Shown here: piece by piece, positions 28,473-37,820 of the stretch | Layout: each line of letters opens with the position of its first letter | Numbering within the stretch: the first letter of the stretch is position 1 | The notes under the pieces: model-generated | Told to the model about the DNA's origin: nothing | The model's input: only the letters and a program-made list of their open reading frames with translations | Databases searched by the model: none | Position numbers and translations under genes: made by a program | Assembly: GCA_965220745.1 (NCBI GenBank) | Contig: CBDCQT010000011.1 | Coordinates: forward strand, 352,001 to 416,000 | From: Alphaproteobacteria bacterium | GTDB lineage: Bacteria > Pseudomonadota > Alphaproteobacteria > UBA828 | DNA length: 64,000 bases | Direction: 5' to 3'

Positions 28473-29489
28473 GTGGCAGCGAACCACGAGATATTCGAGC
28501 TCGGCGACGTAACCCTGCAATCCGGCGTCACGCTGCCGGGAGCCAAGCTCGCCTACAAGACATACGGCTCGCTGAACGCCCGTGGCGACAACGCGATCGT
28601 CATGCCCACATTTTACACGGGCACGCACGTCCGCAACGAGGGCTACGTCAGGGCGGTGCCGGCGCTCGATCCGGAGCGCTACTTCATCGTGTCGATCAAC
28701 ATGTTCGGCAACGGTCTCTCGTCCTCGCCGAGCAGCACACCGCCACCCTTCGACGGCCCACGCTTCCCCACAGTCACCCTCCACGACAACGTCGCCTGCC
28801 AGCACCGGCTGCTCACCGAGGCGCTGGGTGTCACGCACATCGCCCTCGTGCTCGGGTGGTCCATGGCCGGCTGCCAGTCCTATCAGTGGGGTGCACAGTA
28901 TCCCGATATGGTCGATGCCATCCTGCCCTTCTGCGCCTCGGCGCGGACCTCTCCGCACAACCAGGTGTTCCTCGAAGGGGTGAAGGCGGCGCTCCTGGCC
29001 GATAGCGCGTTCGCGGGCGGCGACTACGCCGCGCCGCCCGAGACGGGCCTCAGGGCGTTCGCACGGGTCTACGCGGGATGGGCGTACTCCCAGACCTTCT
29101 ATCGCGAGCGGCTGCACCGCGAACTCGGTTTCGAGACCTGGGAAGACCTGCTTCTCGACTGGGAGCGCGATCATCTCGAATGGGATGCCAACGACCTTCT
29201 GGCCAAGCTCCGCACCTGGCAGCTGGGCGACATCAGCGCCAACGCACGCTATGAGGGCGACTTCGAACAGGCCCTCGGTGCCATCCAGGCACGGGCGATC
29301 CTGGTTCCCTGCACGACCGATCTCTACTTCCCGCCCGAGGACAACGCCATCGAGGCCCGGCACATGCCCAACGCCGATCTTCGCCCCTTCGAATCGGCCT
29401 GGGGCCATTGCGCGGCATCGCCGAGCCGCGAAGGCAGCGACTTCATGCGATTCCTCAACCAGTGCGTCAGGGAGTTGCTCGCCGACTGA
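28473..29489 (+). CDS. Homoserine acetyltransferase-like alpha/beta hydrolase
   Basis: AYKTYGSLN, GNGLSSSPS, nucleophile GWSMAG, DLYFPP, WGH. Confidence 0.82.
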   Translation: MAANHEIFELGDVTLQSGVTLPGAKLAYKTYGSLNARGDNAIVMPTFYTGTHVRNEGYVRAVPALDPERYFIVSINMFGNGLSSSPSSTPPPFDGPRFPTVTLHDNVACQHRLLTEALGVTHIALVLGWSMAGCQSYQWGAQYPDMVDAILPFCASARTSPHNQVFLEGVKAALLADSAFAGGDYAAPPETGLRAFARVYAGWAYSQTFYRERLHRELGFETWEDLLLDWERDHLEWDANDLLAKLRTWQLGDISANARYEGDFEQALGAIQARAILVPCTTDLYFPPEDNAIEARHMPNADLRPFESAWGHCAASPSREGSDFMRFLNQCVRELLAD

Positions 29490-29644
29490 GCCCGTCCGCG
29501 TCGGCGACCGGATCGCGCGAGGCTTTCGTGGCCGCGTTTCCTTGCGGCACGTAGCGCGCTCTTGTAACTACCGCTCTCGCCAACCGGGAGAGCCGCAATG
29601 ACCCCACCCCACACCGACAAGGGCGAGAACGCTCGCGGACACGC

Positions 29645-31666
29645 ATGAGCGACGTGGTCCGGGTGGGGGTGGAGGTCGGCGGCACCTTCACCGATCTCGT
29701 CGCCTTTGAGAAAGACGGCGTGCGCATCACCAAGGTGCCGAGCACGCCGGCCGCGCCGCACCGCGGCGCCATCGCCGCACTCGATGAGTCGGGCCTCGCG
29801 CTGACCGCCGCCGGCGATCTCGTGCACGGCTCGACCGTCGCCACCAACGCGGTGCTGGAGCGCAAGGGCGCCAGGGTCGCGTTTTTCGCCACCGAAGGCT
29901 TCCGCGACCTGCTCACGCTGCAACGGCAGAGCCGGCGCTCCATCTACGACATCCACTACCGCAAGCCCGAGCCGGTGGTGCCGCGCCGCGATACCTTCGA
30001 GATTCCCGAGCGCATCGGGCCGGGCGGCGAGGTGGTCACCGCCCTCGACGAAGAGACGGCACGGCATCGTATTTCGCAGGCGTTGCAGGGCGACGGCTAT
30101 GAGTCCGTCGCGATCTGCTTCCTGAACAGCTACGCCAACCCGTCGCATGAACGGCGGGTGGCGGCGATGGTGGCCGAGCGCTTTCCCGAGGTCGGGATCA
30201 CCTGTTCCAGCGACGTGACCCGCGAGTTCCGCGAGTACGAGCGTGCTTCGACCACCACGCTCGCGGCCTACGTGCAGCCGGTCATCGACCGCTACTTGAG
30301 CGCGTTCGAGCACGCGCTGGACGATCGGGGGTTCGCGGGCCGCTTCAGCCTCATGCAGTCCAACGGCGGCAGGCTGCCGGCGCGTGGCATGGCCGGCAAC
30401 GCGATCACCTCGCTCTATTCGGGGCCGGCGGCGGGCGTGATGGGCGCGATCCGCCAGGCCGGGCGCTCGGGCTACCGCGACCTCATCACCTTCGACATGG
30501 GGGGCACCAGCACCGACGTGTGCCTGGTGCGGGGCGGGACGCCGGTGCTCACCAGCGACGCCGAGATCGACGGTCTCCCCATCCGCATTCCGGTACTCGA
30601 CATCGTAACTGTCGGCGCAGGCGGCGGCTCGATCGTCTGGCGCGACGACGGCAGCATGTTGCGGGTGGGCCCCCGCTCGGCCGGCGCCGAGCCCGGCCCC
30701 GCCTGCTACCGGCGCGGCGGCGCGGACCCCACGATCACCGACGCACACCTCGTGCGCGGCACCGTGCTCGCCGACACCTTCCTCGGCGGGCGCATGGATA
30801 TTGATCCCGAGCTTTCGCAAGGCGCCTTCGCGGCGTTGGCCGGGCAGTTCGGCCGCAGCGTGGAGCAGATCGCCGACGACGCGGTTCGGGTGGCCGAGCA
30901 CAACATCGTCCGCGCCATCCAGCTGGTCTCCACCGAGCGGGGCCGCGATCCGCGCGACTACGTTCTGGTTCCCTTCGGCGGCGCGGGGCCGCTGCACGCG
31001 GCGCGGGTTGCCGAGGTGCTGGGTATTGCCACCATCGTCATTCCGCCTGCGGCTGGCGTGCTTTCCGCCTTCGGCCTCGTCGCCTCGGACTTCGTGCGCT
31101 ACGAGAGCCGCACGGTGCGCTTCGCCCTCGACGAGGCGGGCGCTGCGGAGCGCGTGCGCGAGCAGTTCACCGCCATGCGGGCGGACGCGGAGGCGGCCTT
31201 CGCGGCGCTCGGCCTCACCAGCGGACTCCGCTACACCCATACGCTGGAGATGCGCTACGTCGGGCAGGCCTTCGAGGTGCCGATCCCGCTCGGCGAAGAG
31301 GAGATCGCGCGCCTCGACGCCGCGCTGCTGCGTGAGCGGTTCAACGAGGCCCACCACCGCATCTTCGAGTTCGACGATTCGCGCACCAACCGGCCTGAAA
31401 TTGTTTCCTTCCGGCTCGGCATCGCGTCGCCGCCGCCCGCCGTCCCCCCGCTCCTGGGCGCGGACGACGCCCCGCACGCAGCCACCGTCGCGCTCTTTGA
31501 CGACGGCGTGCACATTGAGGCCCGCCGGCTCAACCGCAGCGCCCTCGGCCGCGCGGGAGAGTGCGAGGGGCCGCTGCTCATCACGGACGACACGTCCACC
31601 GCCTACGTGCCGCCGGGATGGCGCGCTGGGGTGGACACGCACCATAATGTCATCCTGACGCGCTGA
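29645..31666 (+). CDS. Hydantoinase A / 5-oxoprolinase family subunit
   Basis: VGGTFTD, HGSTVATNAVLE, EFREYER, SGPAAG, DMGGTSTD, GAGGGSI. Confidence 0.92.
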   Translation: MSDVVRVGVEVGGTFTDLVAFEKDGVRITKVPSTPAAPHRGAIAALDESGLALTAAGDLVHGSTVATNAVLERKGARVAFFATEGFRDLLTLQRQSRRSIYDIHYRKPEPVVPRRDTFEIPERIGPGGEVVTALDEETARHRISQALQGDGYESVAICFLNSYANPSHERRVAAMVAERFPEVGITCSSDVTREFREYERASTTTLAAYVQPVIDRYLSAFEHALDDRGFAGRFSLMQSNGGRLPARGMAGNAITSLYSGPAAGVMGAIRQAGRSGYRDLITFDMGGTSTDVCLVRGGTPVLTSDAEIDGLPIRIPVLDIVTVGAGGGSIVWRDDGSMLRVGPRSAGAEPGPACYRRGGADPTITDAHLVRGTVLADTFLGGRMDIDPELSQGAFAALAGQFGRSVEQIADDAVRVAEHNIVRAIQLVSTERGRDPRDYVLVPFGGAGPLHAARVAEVLGIATIVIPPAAGVLSAFGLVASDFVRYESRTVRFALDEAGAAERVREQFTAMRADAEAAFAALGLTSGLRYTHTLEMRYVGQAFEVPIPLGEEEIARLDAALLRERFNEAHHRIFEFDDSRTNRPEIVSFRLGIASPPPAVPPLLGADDAPHAATVALFDDGVHIEARRLNRSALGRAGECEGPLLITDDTSTAYVPPGWRAGVDTHHNVILTR

Positions 31667-31705
31667 GCTCAGGACGACGCGCGAAGAGCCACGAGGGGCG
31701 GGCCC

Positions 31706-33337
31706 ATGGCGCTCGATCAGGTCGACCAGGCGATCATCTCCCAGGCCTTGATCGCCGCCGCGAAGGAAATGGGGATCAAGCTCGTGCGTTCGGCCTATTC
31801 GCCGATCGTGCGCGAGGCCAACGACTGCTCCGCCGCGCTGCTCGATGCCGAGGGCAGCGTGGTGAGCCAAGCGGAGCTCATCCCGATGCAGCTTGGCCCC
31901 ATCGGCACCACCTTCCGCCCCTGCGCCGAGCTCTATCCGCCCGAGACGCTGGAGCCCGGCGACTTTTACATCAACAACGACCCCTATAACGGCGGGCAGC
32001 ATGTCCCCGATATCTTCATCTTCACGCCCATCTTTTTTGGTGATCGGCTGGTGGGCTTCAGCGCGACCGTCGCCCATCATCTCGACCTCGGCGGCGGCGC
32101 GCCGGGCCTCAACATGGCGGCCGGCGACGTCCACCAGGAGGGCCTGATCTTTCCGCCGAGCCGCTACAACGTGAACCGCGACTGGAACGGTGGCCCCTTC
32201 GAGCGGCTGGTGCGGGCGAACGTGCGCGTGCCGGAGAAGACCATCGGGGACTGCAACGCGCAGTTCGCCGCCAATGGGGTCGGCGCGCGGCGCGTGATCG
32301 AGCTCTGCGAGAAGTTCGGTGCGGACATGGTCACCGAGGCGATGCAAGGGCTGCTCGACTACGCCGAGCAGCGCATGCGCGCGGCCATCGCCGCCGCGCC
32401 CGACGGCGTCTACGTGGGCGAGGACCAGCTCGACAGCGACGGGGAGAACGACGAGCCGCTCCCGGTGCGCGCGCGGGTGGAGATCGCCGGCGATACCGTC
32501 TCGGTCGACTACGCGGGCACCTGCGACCAGGTGCGGACCAACGTGAACTGCCCCTTTGCATCGACCATTGCGGCGGGGCTCTCGTGCGTGAAGTCGGTGC
32601 TCACGAGCCCCGACATCCCATTCAACGAGGGCGCGAAGCGGCCCATCGATATTACCGCGCCCTATGGCTCGCTGCTCAACCCGCGGCCCCCGGCCCCGGT
32701 GCGCGCGCGCATGCTCTCGGCCTATCGCGCCTACAACGCGGTGATGAAGGCGCTCGCCGACGCGGTGCCCGAGCAGGTGATGGCGGCCGGCTTCGACACC
32801 ACGCACGCGACCTGCATGTCGCACTTGGGCGAGGAGGGGTACGGCATCTATCTCGAAATCTTCGGCGGCGGTTACGGCGCGAGCGCCGTGGGCGACGGCT
32901 GCGACGCGGTGGACAGCCCGCTTTCCAACTGCTCGAACATCCCCATCGAGGCCATCGACATGGAGCACCCGTTCTTCCGGGTGTCGGAGTACGCGCTGGT
33001 GGCGGGCTCGGGCGGTGGCGGCGAGCACCGGGGCGGGCTCGGGGTCCGGCGCGTCTACGAGGTGCTGGCCGACGACGTCGAGTACCAGTCCTACTCCGAT
33101 CGCTTCACGATCCCGCCCGAGGGGCTTTTCGACGGCGATGACGGTGGCGCAGCGTCGGTCAGCGTGTTGCGCGGCAACGAGAAGTTCGTGCTCGGCTCGA
33201 AGACGAGTTTCCGGCTGATGAAGGGCGACCGCGTGGTGATGAGCACCGGCGGCGGCGCGGGCTACGGAGAGCCGGGCCGGCGCTCGGCCGAGCGGATGGC
33301 GCAGGATCGCGAGGGCGGCGCGCTCGCGGCGTCTTAG
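31706..33337 (+). CDS. Hydantoinase B / 5-oxoprolinase family subunit
   Basis: RSAYSPIVREAND, NDPYNGGQHVPD, AHHLDLGG, GGGAGYG. Confidence 0.92.
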   Translation: MALDQVDQAIISQALIAAAKEMGIKLVRSAYSPIVREANDCSAALLDAEGSVVSQAELIPMQLGPIGTTFRPCAELYPPETLEPGDFYINNDPYNGGQHVPDIFIFTPIFFGDRLVGFSATVAHHLDLGGGAPGLNMAAGDVHQEGLIFPPSRYNVNRDWNGGPFERLVRANVRVPEKTIGDCNAQFAANGVGARRVIELCEKFGADMVTEAMQGLLDYAEQRMRAAIAAAPDGVYVGEDQLDSDGENDEPLPVRARVEIAGDTVSVDYAGTCDQVRTNVNCPFASTIAAGLSCVKSVLTSPDIPFNEGAKRPIDITAPYGSLLNPRPPAPVRARMLSAYRAYNAVMKALADAVPEQVMAAGFDTTHATCMSHLGEEGYGIYLEIFGGGYGASAVGDGCDAVDSPLSNCSNIPIEAIDMEHPFFRVSEYALVAGSGGGGEHRGGLGVRRVYEVLADDVEYQSYSDRFTIPPEGLFDGDDGGAASVSVLRGNEKFVLGSKTSFRLMKGDRVVMSTGGGAGYGEPGRRSAERMAQDREGGALAAS

Positions 33338-33373
33338 AAAAGAAATCTCTGAGGCGAAGTTTCGCGAATATCC

Positions 33374-33644
33374 CATAACTTAATTTTAGGCGGCCCATTC
33401 CGGCCTACTCCGGCCCAAAGTGGCCCAAGGTGGCCCAAGGTGGTCCGCCCAGGCGGTTCAAGGTGGCTCAAGTCCCGCACGCAGCACGTGGGGTCGCGCT
33501 CGCCCGTGCTGCTTGTCCCAACCTGTTGGTTCTTGCGCTGCATGGGGCGATGTTGGCGCAACCGCCGCGCGCCGTGCACCGCACCATGGTCCGGTGAGTT
33601 GACGCGTGTCCCTCGTCACCAACAGTCGCGAGAAGCGCGGATTA
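33374..33644 (+). repeat. Dispersed element, copy B: 10-bp-phased GGCCC array plus 71-bp core
   Basis: 33391-33450 reads cGGCCCattc/cGGCCTactc/cGGCCCaaag/tGGCCCaagg/tGGCCCaagg/tGGTCCgccc. Core 33529-33599 is homologous to 9004-9074. Confidence 0.75.
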
Positions 33645-34637
33645 GAGGGGATGCCGGCTCGCCTCGACGAAGGGGGCGATGTCCGTCTCCGGGCGGGCGC
33701 CGTAGTGCCCCACGATCTCGCCGGCCGTCAGCGCCGCGAGCCGACCGCAACGAGCGAGATCGAAACCACGCGCCAATCCCAGGAGGAAGCCCGCGGCATA
33801 GAGGTCGCCGGCGCCGGTGGTATCCACGACATGGGCGACCGGCGCGGCCTCGATGGTGTGAACCGCGCCTTCCCCCGCAACCACCGAGCCCTTGGCGCTG
33901 CGCGTGAGCACGGCGATGGCGCAATCCGCGCGGGCGGCGGCGAGAGCCGTGTCGAAGTCGGCGACCTGGTAGAGCGCCATCGCCTCGTCCTCGTTGGCGA
34001 ACAGGACATCGACGTGGTTCGCCACCAGATCGCGCAACTCCGCCCGGTGGCGCTCGACGCAGAAGGAGTCCGAGAGCGAGAGGCAGACCCGCCCGCCTGC
34101 GGCATGGGCGATCCCGAGCGCCTTGCGGAAGGCGTCCTTGGCCGCCGGCGGGTCCCAGAGGTAGCCCTCCATGTAGAGCAGCCGCGCGCGCGCGATGAAG
34201 TCCGGGTCGATATCGCCAGGCCCGAGCTCGACGCAGGCGCCCAGATACGTGTTCATCGTGCGCTGGGCATCCGGGGTGACGAAGATCAGGCACTGCGCGG
34301 TCGCGGCACCGTCCACCGCCGCCGGGGTGGGGAAGGAGACGCCCGCGGCCTCGATATCGCGGCGGAACACGGCGCCAGCCTCGTCGTCCCGCACCTTGCC
34401 GACGTAGCCGGCGGCGCCGCCGAGCCGCGCCACGCCCACCATGGTGTTGGCGGCGGAGCCGCCGCAGACCTCGACCGCCCTGCCCATGCGCGGGCGGAGC
34501 GACCTGGCACGCTCGGCGTCGATCAGGGTCATTGAGCCCTTGTGGAGGCTCTCTTCGGCGAGCAGCGCGTCATCGGCCTCGGCGACGGCATCGACGATGG
34601 CGTTGCCGATCCCGACGACATCCAGCTGAGACCCCAT
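33642..34637 (-). CDS. PfkB-family adenosine kinase
   Basis: GIGNAIVD, GGSAANT, RTMNTYLGA, DTTGAGDLYAAGFL. Confidence 0.9.
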   Translation of the reverse strand: MGSQLDVVGIGNAIVDAVAEADDALLAEESLHKGSMTLIDAERARSLRPRMGRAVEVCGGSAANTMVGVARLGGAAGYVGKVRDDEAGAVFRRDIEAAGVSFPTPAAVDGAATAQCLIFVTPDAQRTMNTYLGACVELGPGDIDPDFIARARLLYMEGYLWDPPAAKDAFRKALGIAHAAGGRVCLSLSDSFCVERHRAELRDLVANHVDVLFANEDEAMALYQVADFDTALAAARADCAIAVLTRSAKGSVVAGEGAVHTIEAAPVAHVVDTTGAGDLYAAGFLLGLARGFDLARCGRLAALTAGEIVGHYGARPETDIAPFVEASRHPL

Positions 34638-34770
34638 TCAACTCTCCTTCACGCGACCATGCCGCCGGTGCGGCGGCGGGACTATAGGGCCGCGGTCACC
34701 GGCGGCAAAGCCAGGTGCGGAAGTCATCAGGCTGGCATGGCGCGGCAGCATCCGCGATAGTCGGCCGACC

Positions 34771-35445
34771 ATGACGGCGAGCGGCGAGGCAGAAAGAATC
34801 GAAGCCGGCGCAGACTGTGCCGGGCTTCCCACGCTGCGCGCCGGCCCCGAGGCGATGGCCGCCGCCCTCGACCAAGTGGCGCGCGAGGACGCAGCCGTGG
34901 TGCCGCTGCTCACGCCGGCGGAGTGCCAGGAGTTCATCGACGCGGGCGCGGACCTCGCCTTCCGCTCTGCCAAGCCGGTCATCGGCGAAGGCGAGCGCGC
35001 GGTCTATCAGGACTTCGATATCTGCCTCTCGATCCCGCGACCGCACCGGCTCTGGCAGCTGACCCAGGCGGTCGAGCGCCTCATTGCCGCCGCGCTCGGC
35101 ACCATGGCCGAACCGCCGTTGGAGACGCTGCCGCTCAACGACCTGGTCTTGCAGCGCTACCCGCCCGGCGCGCGTGGCATCACGCCGCACCGCGACCACG
35201 TGCGCTACGTCGGACTGGTGGTGATCGTCCAGATGAGCGGGGACGGTCGCTTCGGCCTCTGCGCCGACCGCAGCGGCGCCGACGCCCGCGTGCTCGACGC
35301 CGGTCCGGGAGACGGCATTCTGATGCGCGCGCCCGACTTCGGCAGAGCAAAGGACCGGCCGTTCCACTTCCTCGACGGGATCACGGTCGAGCGCTACAGC
35401 CTCGGCATGCGCAGCGACAAGACGGCGGAACCGGCGGCCGATTGA
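34771..35445 (+). CDS. 2OG-Fe(II) oxygenase superfamily (AlkB-like)
   Basis: LQRYPPG...ITPHRD (HxD), distal H in RPFHFL, terminal RYSLGMR. Confidence 0.65.
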   Translation: MTASGEAERIEAGADCAGLPTLRAGPEAMAAALDQVAREDAAVVPLLTPAECQEFIDAGADLAFRSAKPVIGEGERAVYQDFDICLSIPRPHRLWQLTQAVERLIAAALGTMAEPPLETLPLNDLVLQRYPPGARGITPHRDHVRYVGLVVIVQMSGDGRFGLCADRSGADARVLDAGPGDGILMRAPDFGRAKDRPFHFLDGITVERYSLGMRSDKTAEPAAD

Positions 35446-35515
35446 GTACCACCCGCCCGGCGAGGCGGCAGGCAGGCCCGTGCTATAGTGAACGACTCGT
35501 CCCGCACCGTGGTCC

Positions 35516-37813
35516 ATGAGCGAACCGTTCGATCCTGAGCCCGGCCTGCCCGCCGCGCCCGACACGCCGCCGGCTCGTCCGCCGGCGCCTGCGTCGACCT
35601 TTCTCGACGACCTGAACCCGGAGCAACGGCAAGCGGCGGAGGCGCTCGACGGTCCGCTGCTGGTGTTGGCCGGCGCCGGCACCGGCAAGACCCGCGTGCT
35701 CACCACGCGGCTCGCCCACATTCTCGCCACCGGCCGCGCCCGGCCGGGGCAGGTGCTGGCGGTCACCTTCACCAACAAGGCGGCGCGGGAGATGATCAGC
35801 CGGGTGGAGCGGCTGATGGGCCGTTCCGCCGCCGGCCTCTGGCTCGGCACCTTCCACGCCATCGCGGCGCGCATCCTGCGCCGCCATGCCGAGCTCGCTG
35901 GGCTCAAGCCGGACTTCACGATCCTCGACACCGACGACCAGATCCGCCTGCTCCGGCAGCTCATCCAGGCGGCGGACATCGACGAGAAGCGCTGGCCGGC
36001 GCGGACCCTCTCGATCATCATCCAGCGCTGGAAGGACCGGGGACTCACGGTCGACAAGGTAGCGGGCGCGGACGGCGCCGACTACGCCAACGGGCGCGCG
36101 CCGGACCTCTACAAGGCCTATCAGGAGCGGCTCAAGACCGTGAACGCGGTCGATTTCGGCGACCTTCTGCTGCACAACCTGACCCTCTTCACGGGCCACA
36201 AGGACGTACTGGAGGACTACCAGCAGCGCTTTCGCTACCTGCTTGTTGACGAGTATCAGGACACCAACGTCGCCCAGTATCTGTGGCTGCGGCTGCTGGC
36301 GCAGGCGCATCACAGCATCTGCTGCGTCGGCGACGACGATCAGTCGATCTACGGCTGGCGCGGCGCCGAGGTCGGCAACATCCTTCGCTTCGAGCAGGAT
36401 TTCCCCGGCGCGCAGGTAGTCCGGCTGGAGCGCAACTACCGCTCCACCGGGCACATCCTCGCCGCCGCCTCGGGCCTCATCGCTCACAACGCCGGCCGGC
36501 TCGGCAAGACGCTCTGGACCGAGGGCGAGGACGGCGAGAAGGTCCGCATCACCGAGACCTGGGACGGCGACGAGGAGGCGCGCGCCGTCGGCGACGCCAT
36601 CGAGGCGCGGCAGCGCGAAGGCGAGAGCCTGGACAGTATCGCCATCCTGGTCCGCGCCGGCTTCCAGACCCGCGCTTTCGAGGAACGCTTCCTCGCCATC
36701 GGCCTGCCCTACCGCGTGATCGGGGGCTTCCGCTTCTACGAGCGTCAGGAGATTCGGGACGCCGTGGCCTACGTCCGGGTCGTGGTGCGCCCCGACGACG
36801 ATCTCGCCTTCGAGCGGATCGTGAACCTGCCGAAGCGCGGCCTCGGCGAGGCCTCGCTACGCCCGATTCACGAGCTCGCGCGCACGAGCGACCTCTCGCT
36901 CTGTCGGGCGGCGGAACGGCTGATCGAGACCGACGAGCTGAAGCCCCGCGCCCGCTCGAGCCTCGCCGAGCTGATCGGCCAGCTTCGCGGCTGGCGCAGC
37001 GCGCTGGCCGAGACGCCCCATGCCGAGGTCGTGGGCAGGATGCTCGACGAATCCGGCTACACCGAGATGTGGCAGAAGGACCGCTCGCCCGCCGCCCCCG
37101 GCCGGCTCGAAAACCTGAAGGAGCTGGTGGATGCGCTCTCCGAGTTCGAGGACCTCGGCGCCTTCCTCGATCACGTGAGCCTGGTTATGGACCGGGAGGG
37201 CGAGGCCAGCGAGGAGATGGTCAACATCATGACCCTGCACGGCGCCAAGGGACTGGAGTTCGACACGGTGTTCCTGCCGGGGTGGGAGGAAGGGCTATTC
37301 CCGCACCAGCTTGCGCTCGACGAATCTGGTCATGCCGGGCTTGAGGAGGAGCGGCGCCTGGCCTACGTGGGGCTTACCCGCGCCCGCCTGCGCGCGCACG
37401 TGCTCTTCGCGGCGAACCGTCACCGGCACGGGCAGTGGGTGAGCGCCATCCCCTCGCGCTTCGTCGACGAGCTCGCGCCGGACCATGTGGCCCTCTCCGA
37501 CGACAGTCCCGTGCAGCCCGCGCCCGGCGGGCTCTATCGCGGCCACGGCGGAGGCGTCGGCGCGCGACACCTCATGTCCGAGCACGCGAGCTACCGCGGG
37601 CGGGGGACGCCGCCCACCATCGACGCAACGCCCCTGCCCGTCGGCGACGGCGCGGGGCCCGCAGGCTACGCGACCGGCGACCGCGTCTTTCACCAAAAAT
37701 TCGGCTACGGGCGGATTCAAACGGTGGATGGCGACAAGCTGGAGATCGCATTCGACAAGGCCGGCACCAAGAAGATCATCGACCGCTTCGTTCAACCCGC
37801 CGACAGCGTCTGA
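35516..37813 (+). CDS. uvrD: DNA helicase II (UvrD/PcrA)
   Basis: AGAGTGKT, VTFTNKAA, VDEYQDTN, GDDDQSIY, LERNYRS, TLHGAKGLEF, EEERRLAYVGLTRA; Tudor-like tail. Confidence 0.95.
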   Translation: MSEPFDPEPGLPAAPDTPPARPPAPASTFLDDLNPEQRQAAEALDGPLLVLAGAGTGKTRVLTTRLAHILATGRARPGQVLAVTFTNKAAREMISRVERLMGRSAAGLWLGTFHAIAARILRRHAELAGLKPDFTILDTDDQIRLLRQLIQAADIDEKRWPARTLSIIIQRWKDRGLTVDKVAGADGADYANGRAPDLYKAYQERLKTVNAVDFGDLLLHNLTLFTGHKDVLEDYQQRFRYLLVDEYQDTNVAQYLWLRLLAQAHHSICCVGDDDQSIYGWRGAEVGNILRFEQDFPGAQVVRLERNYRSTGHILAAASGLIAHNAGRLGKTLWTEGEDGEKVRITETWDGDEEARAVGDAIEARQREGESLDSIAILVRAGFQTRAFEERFLAIGLPYRVIGGFRFYERQEIRDAVAYVRVVVRPDDDLAFERIVNLPKRGLGEASLRPIHELARTSDLSLCRAAERLIETDELKPRARSSLAELIGQLRGWRSALAETPHAEVVGRMLDESGYTEMWQKDRSPAAPGRLENLKELVDALSEFEDLGAFLDHVSLVMDREGEASEEMVNIMTLHGAKGLEFDTVFLPGWEEGLFPHQLALDESGHAGLEEERRLAYVGLTRARLRAHVLFAANRHRHGQWVSAIPSRFVDELAPDHVALSDDSPVQPAPGGLYRGHGGGVGARHLMSEHASYRGRGTPPTIDATPLPVGDGAGPAGYATGDRVFHQKFGYGRIQTVDGDKLEIAFDKAGTKKIIDRFVQPADSV

Positions 37814-37820
37814 GCGTCTG

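Noticed and set aside
28473-29489. Calling this gene metX
   Set aside because: It lacks the HALTG motif of true MetX and sits in a catabolic context, so it is kept as a family-level call.
29324-33376. 1350-aa minus-strand ORF and many other long overlapping ORFs in the track
   Set aside because: These are antisense or frame shadows of real high-GC genes (here hydantoinase A/B), Arg/Ala/Gly-rich with no motifs.
33391-33472. Possible CRISPR array
   Set aside because: 10-bp contiguous units without spacers, and no cas genes.
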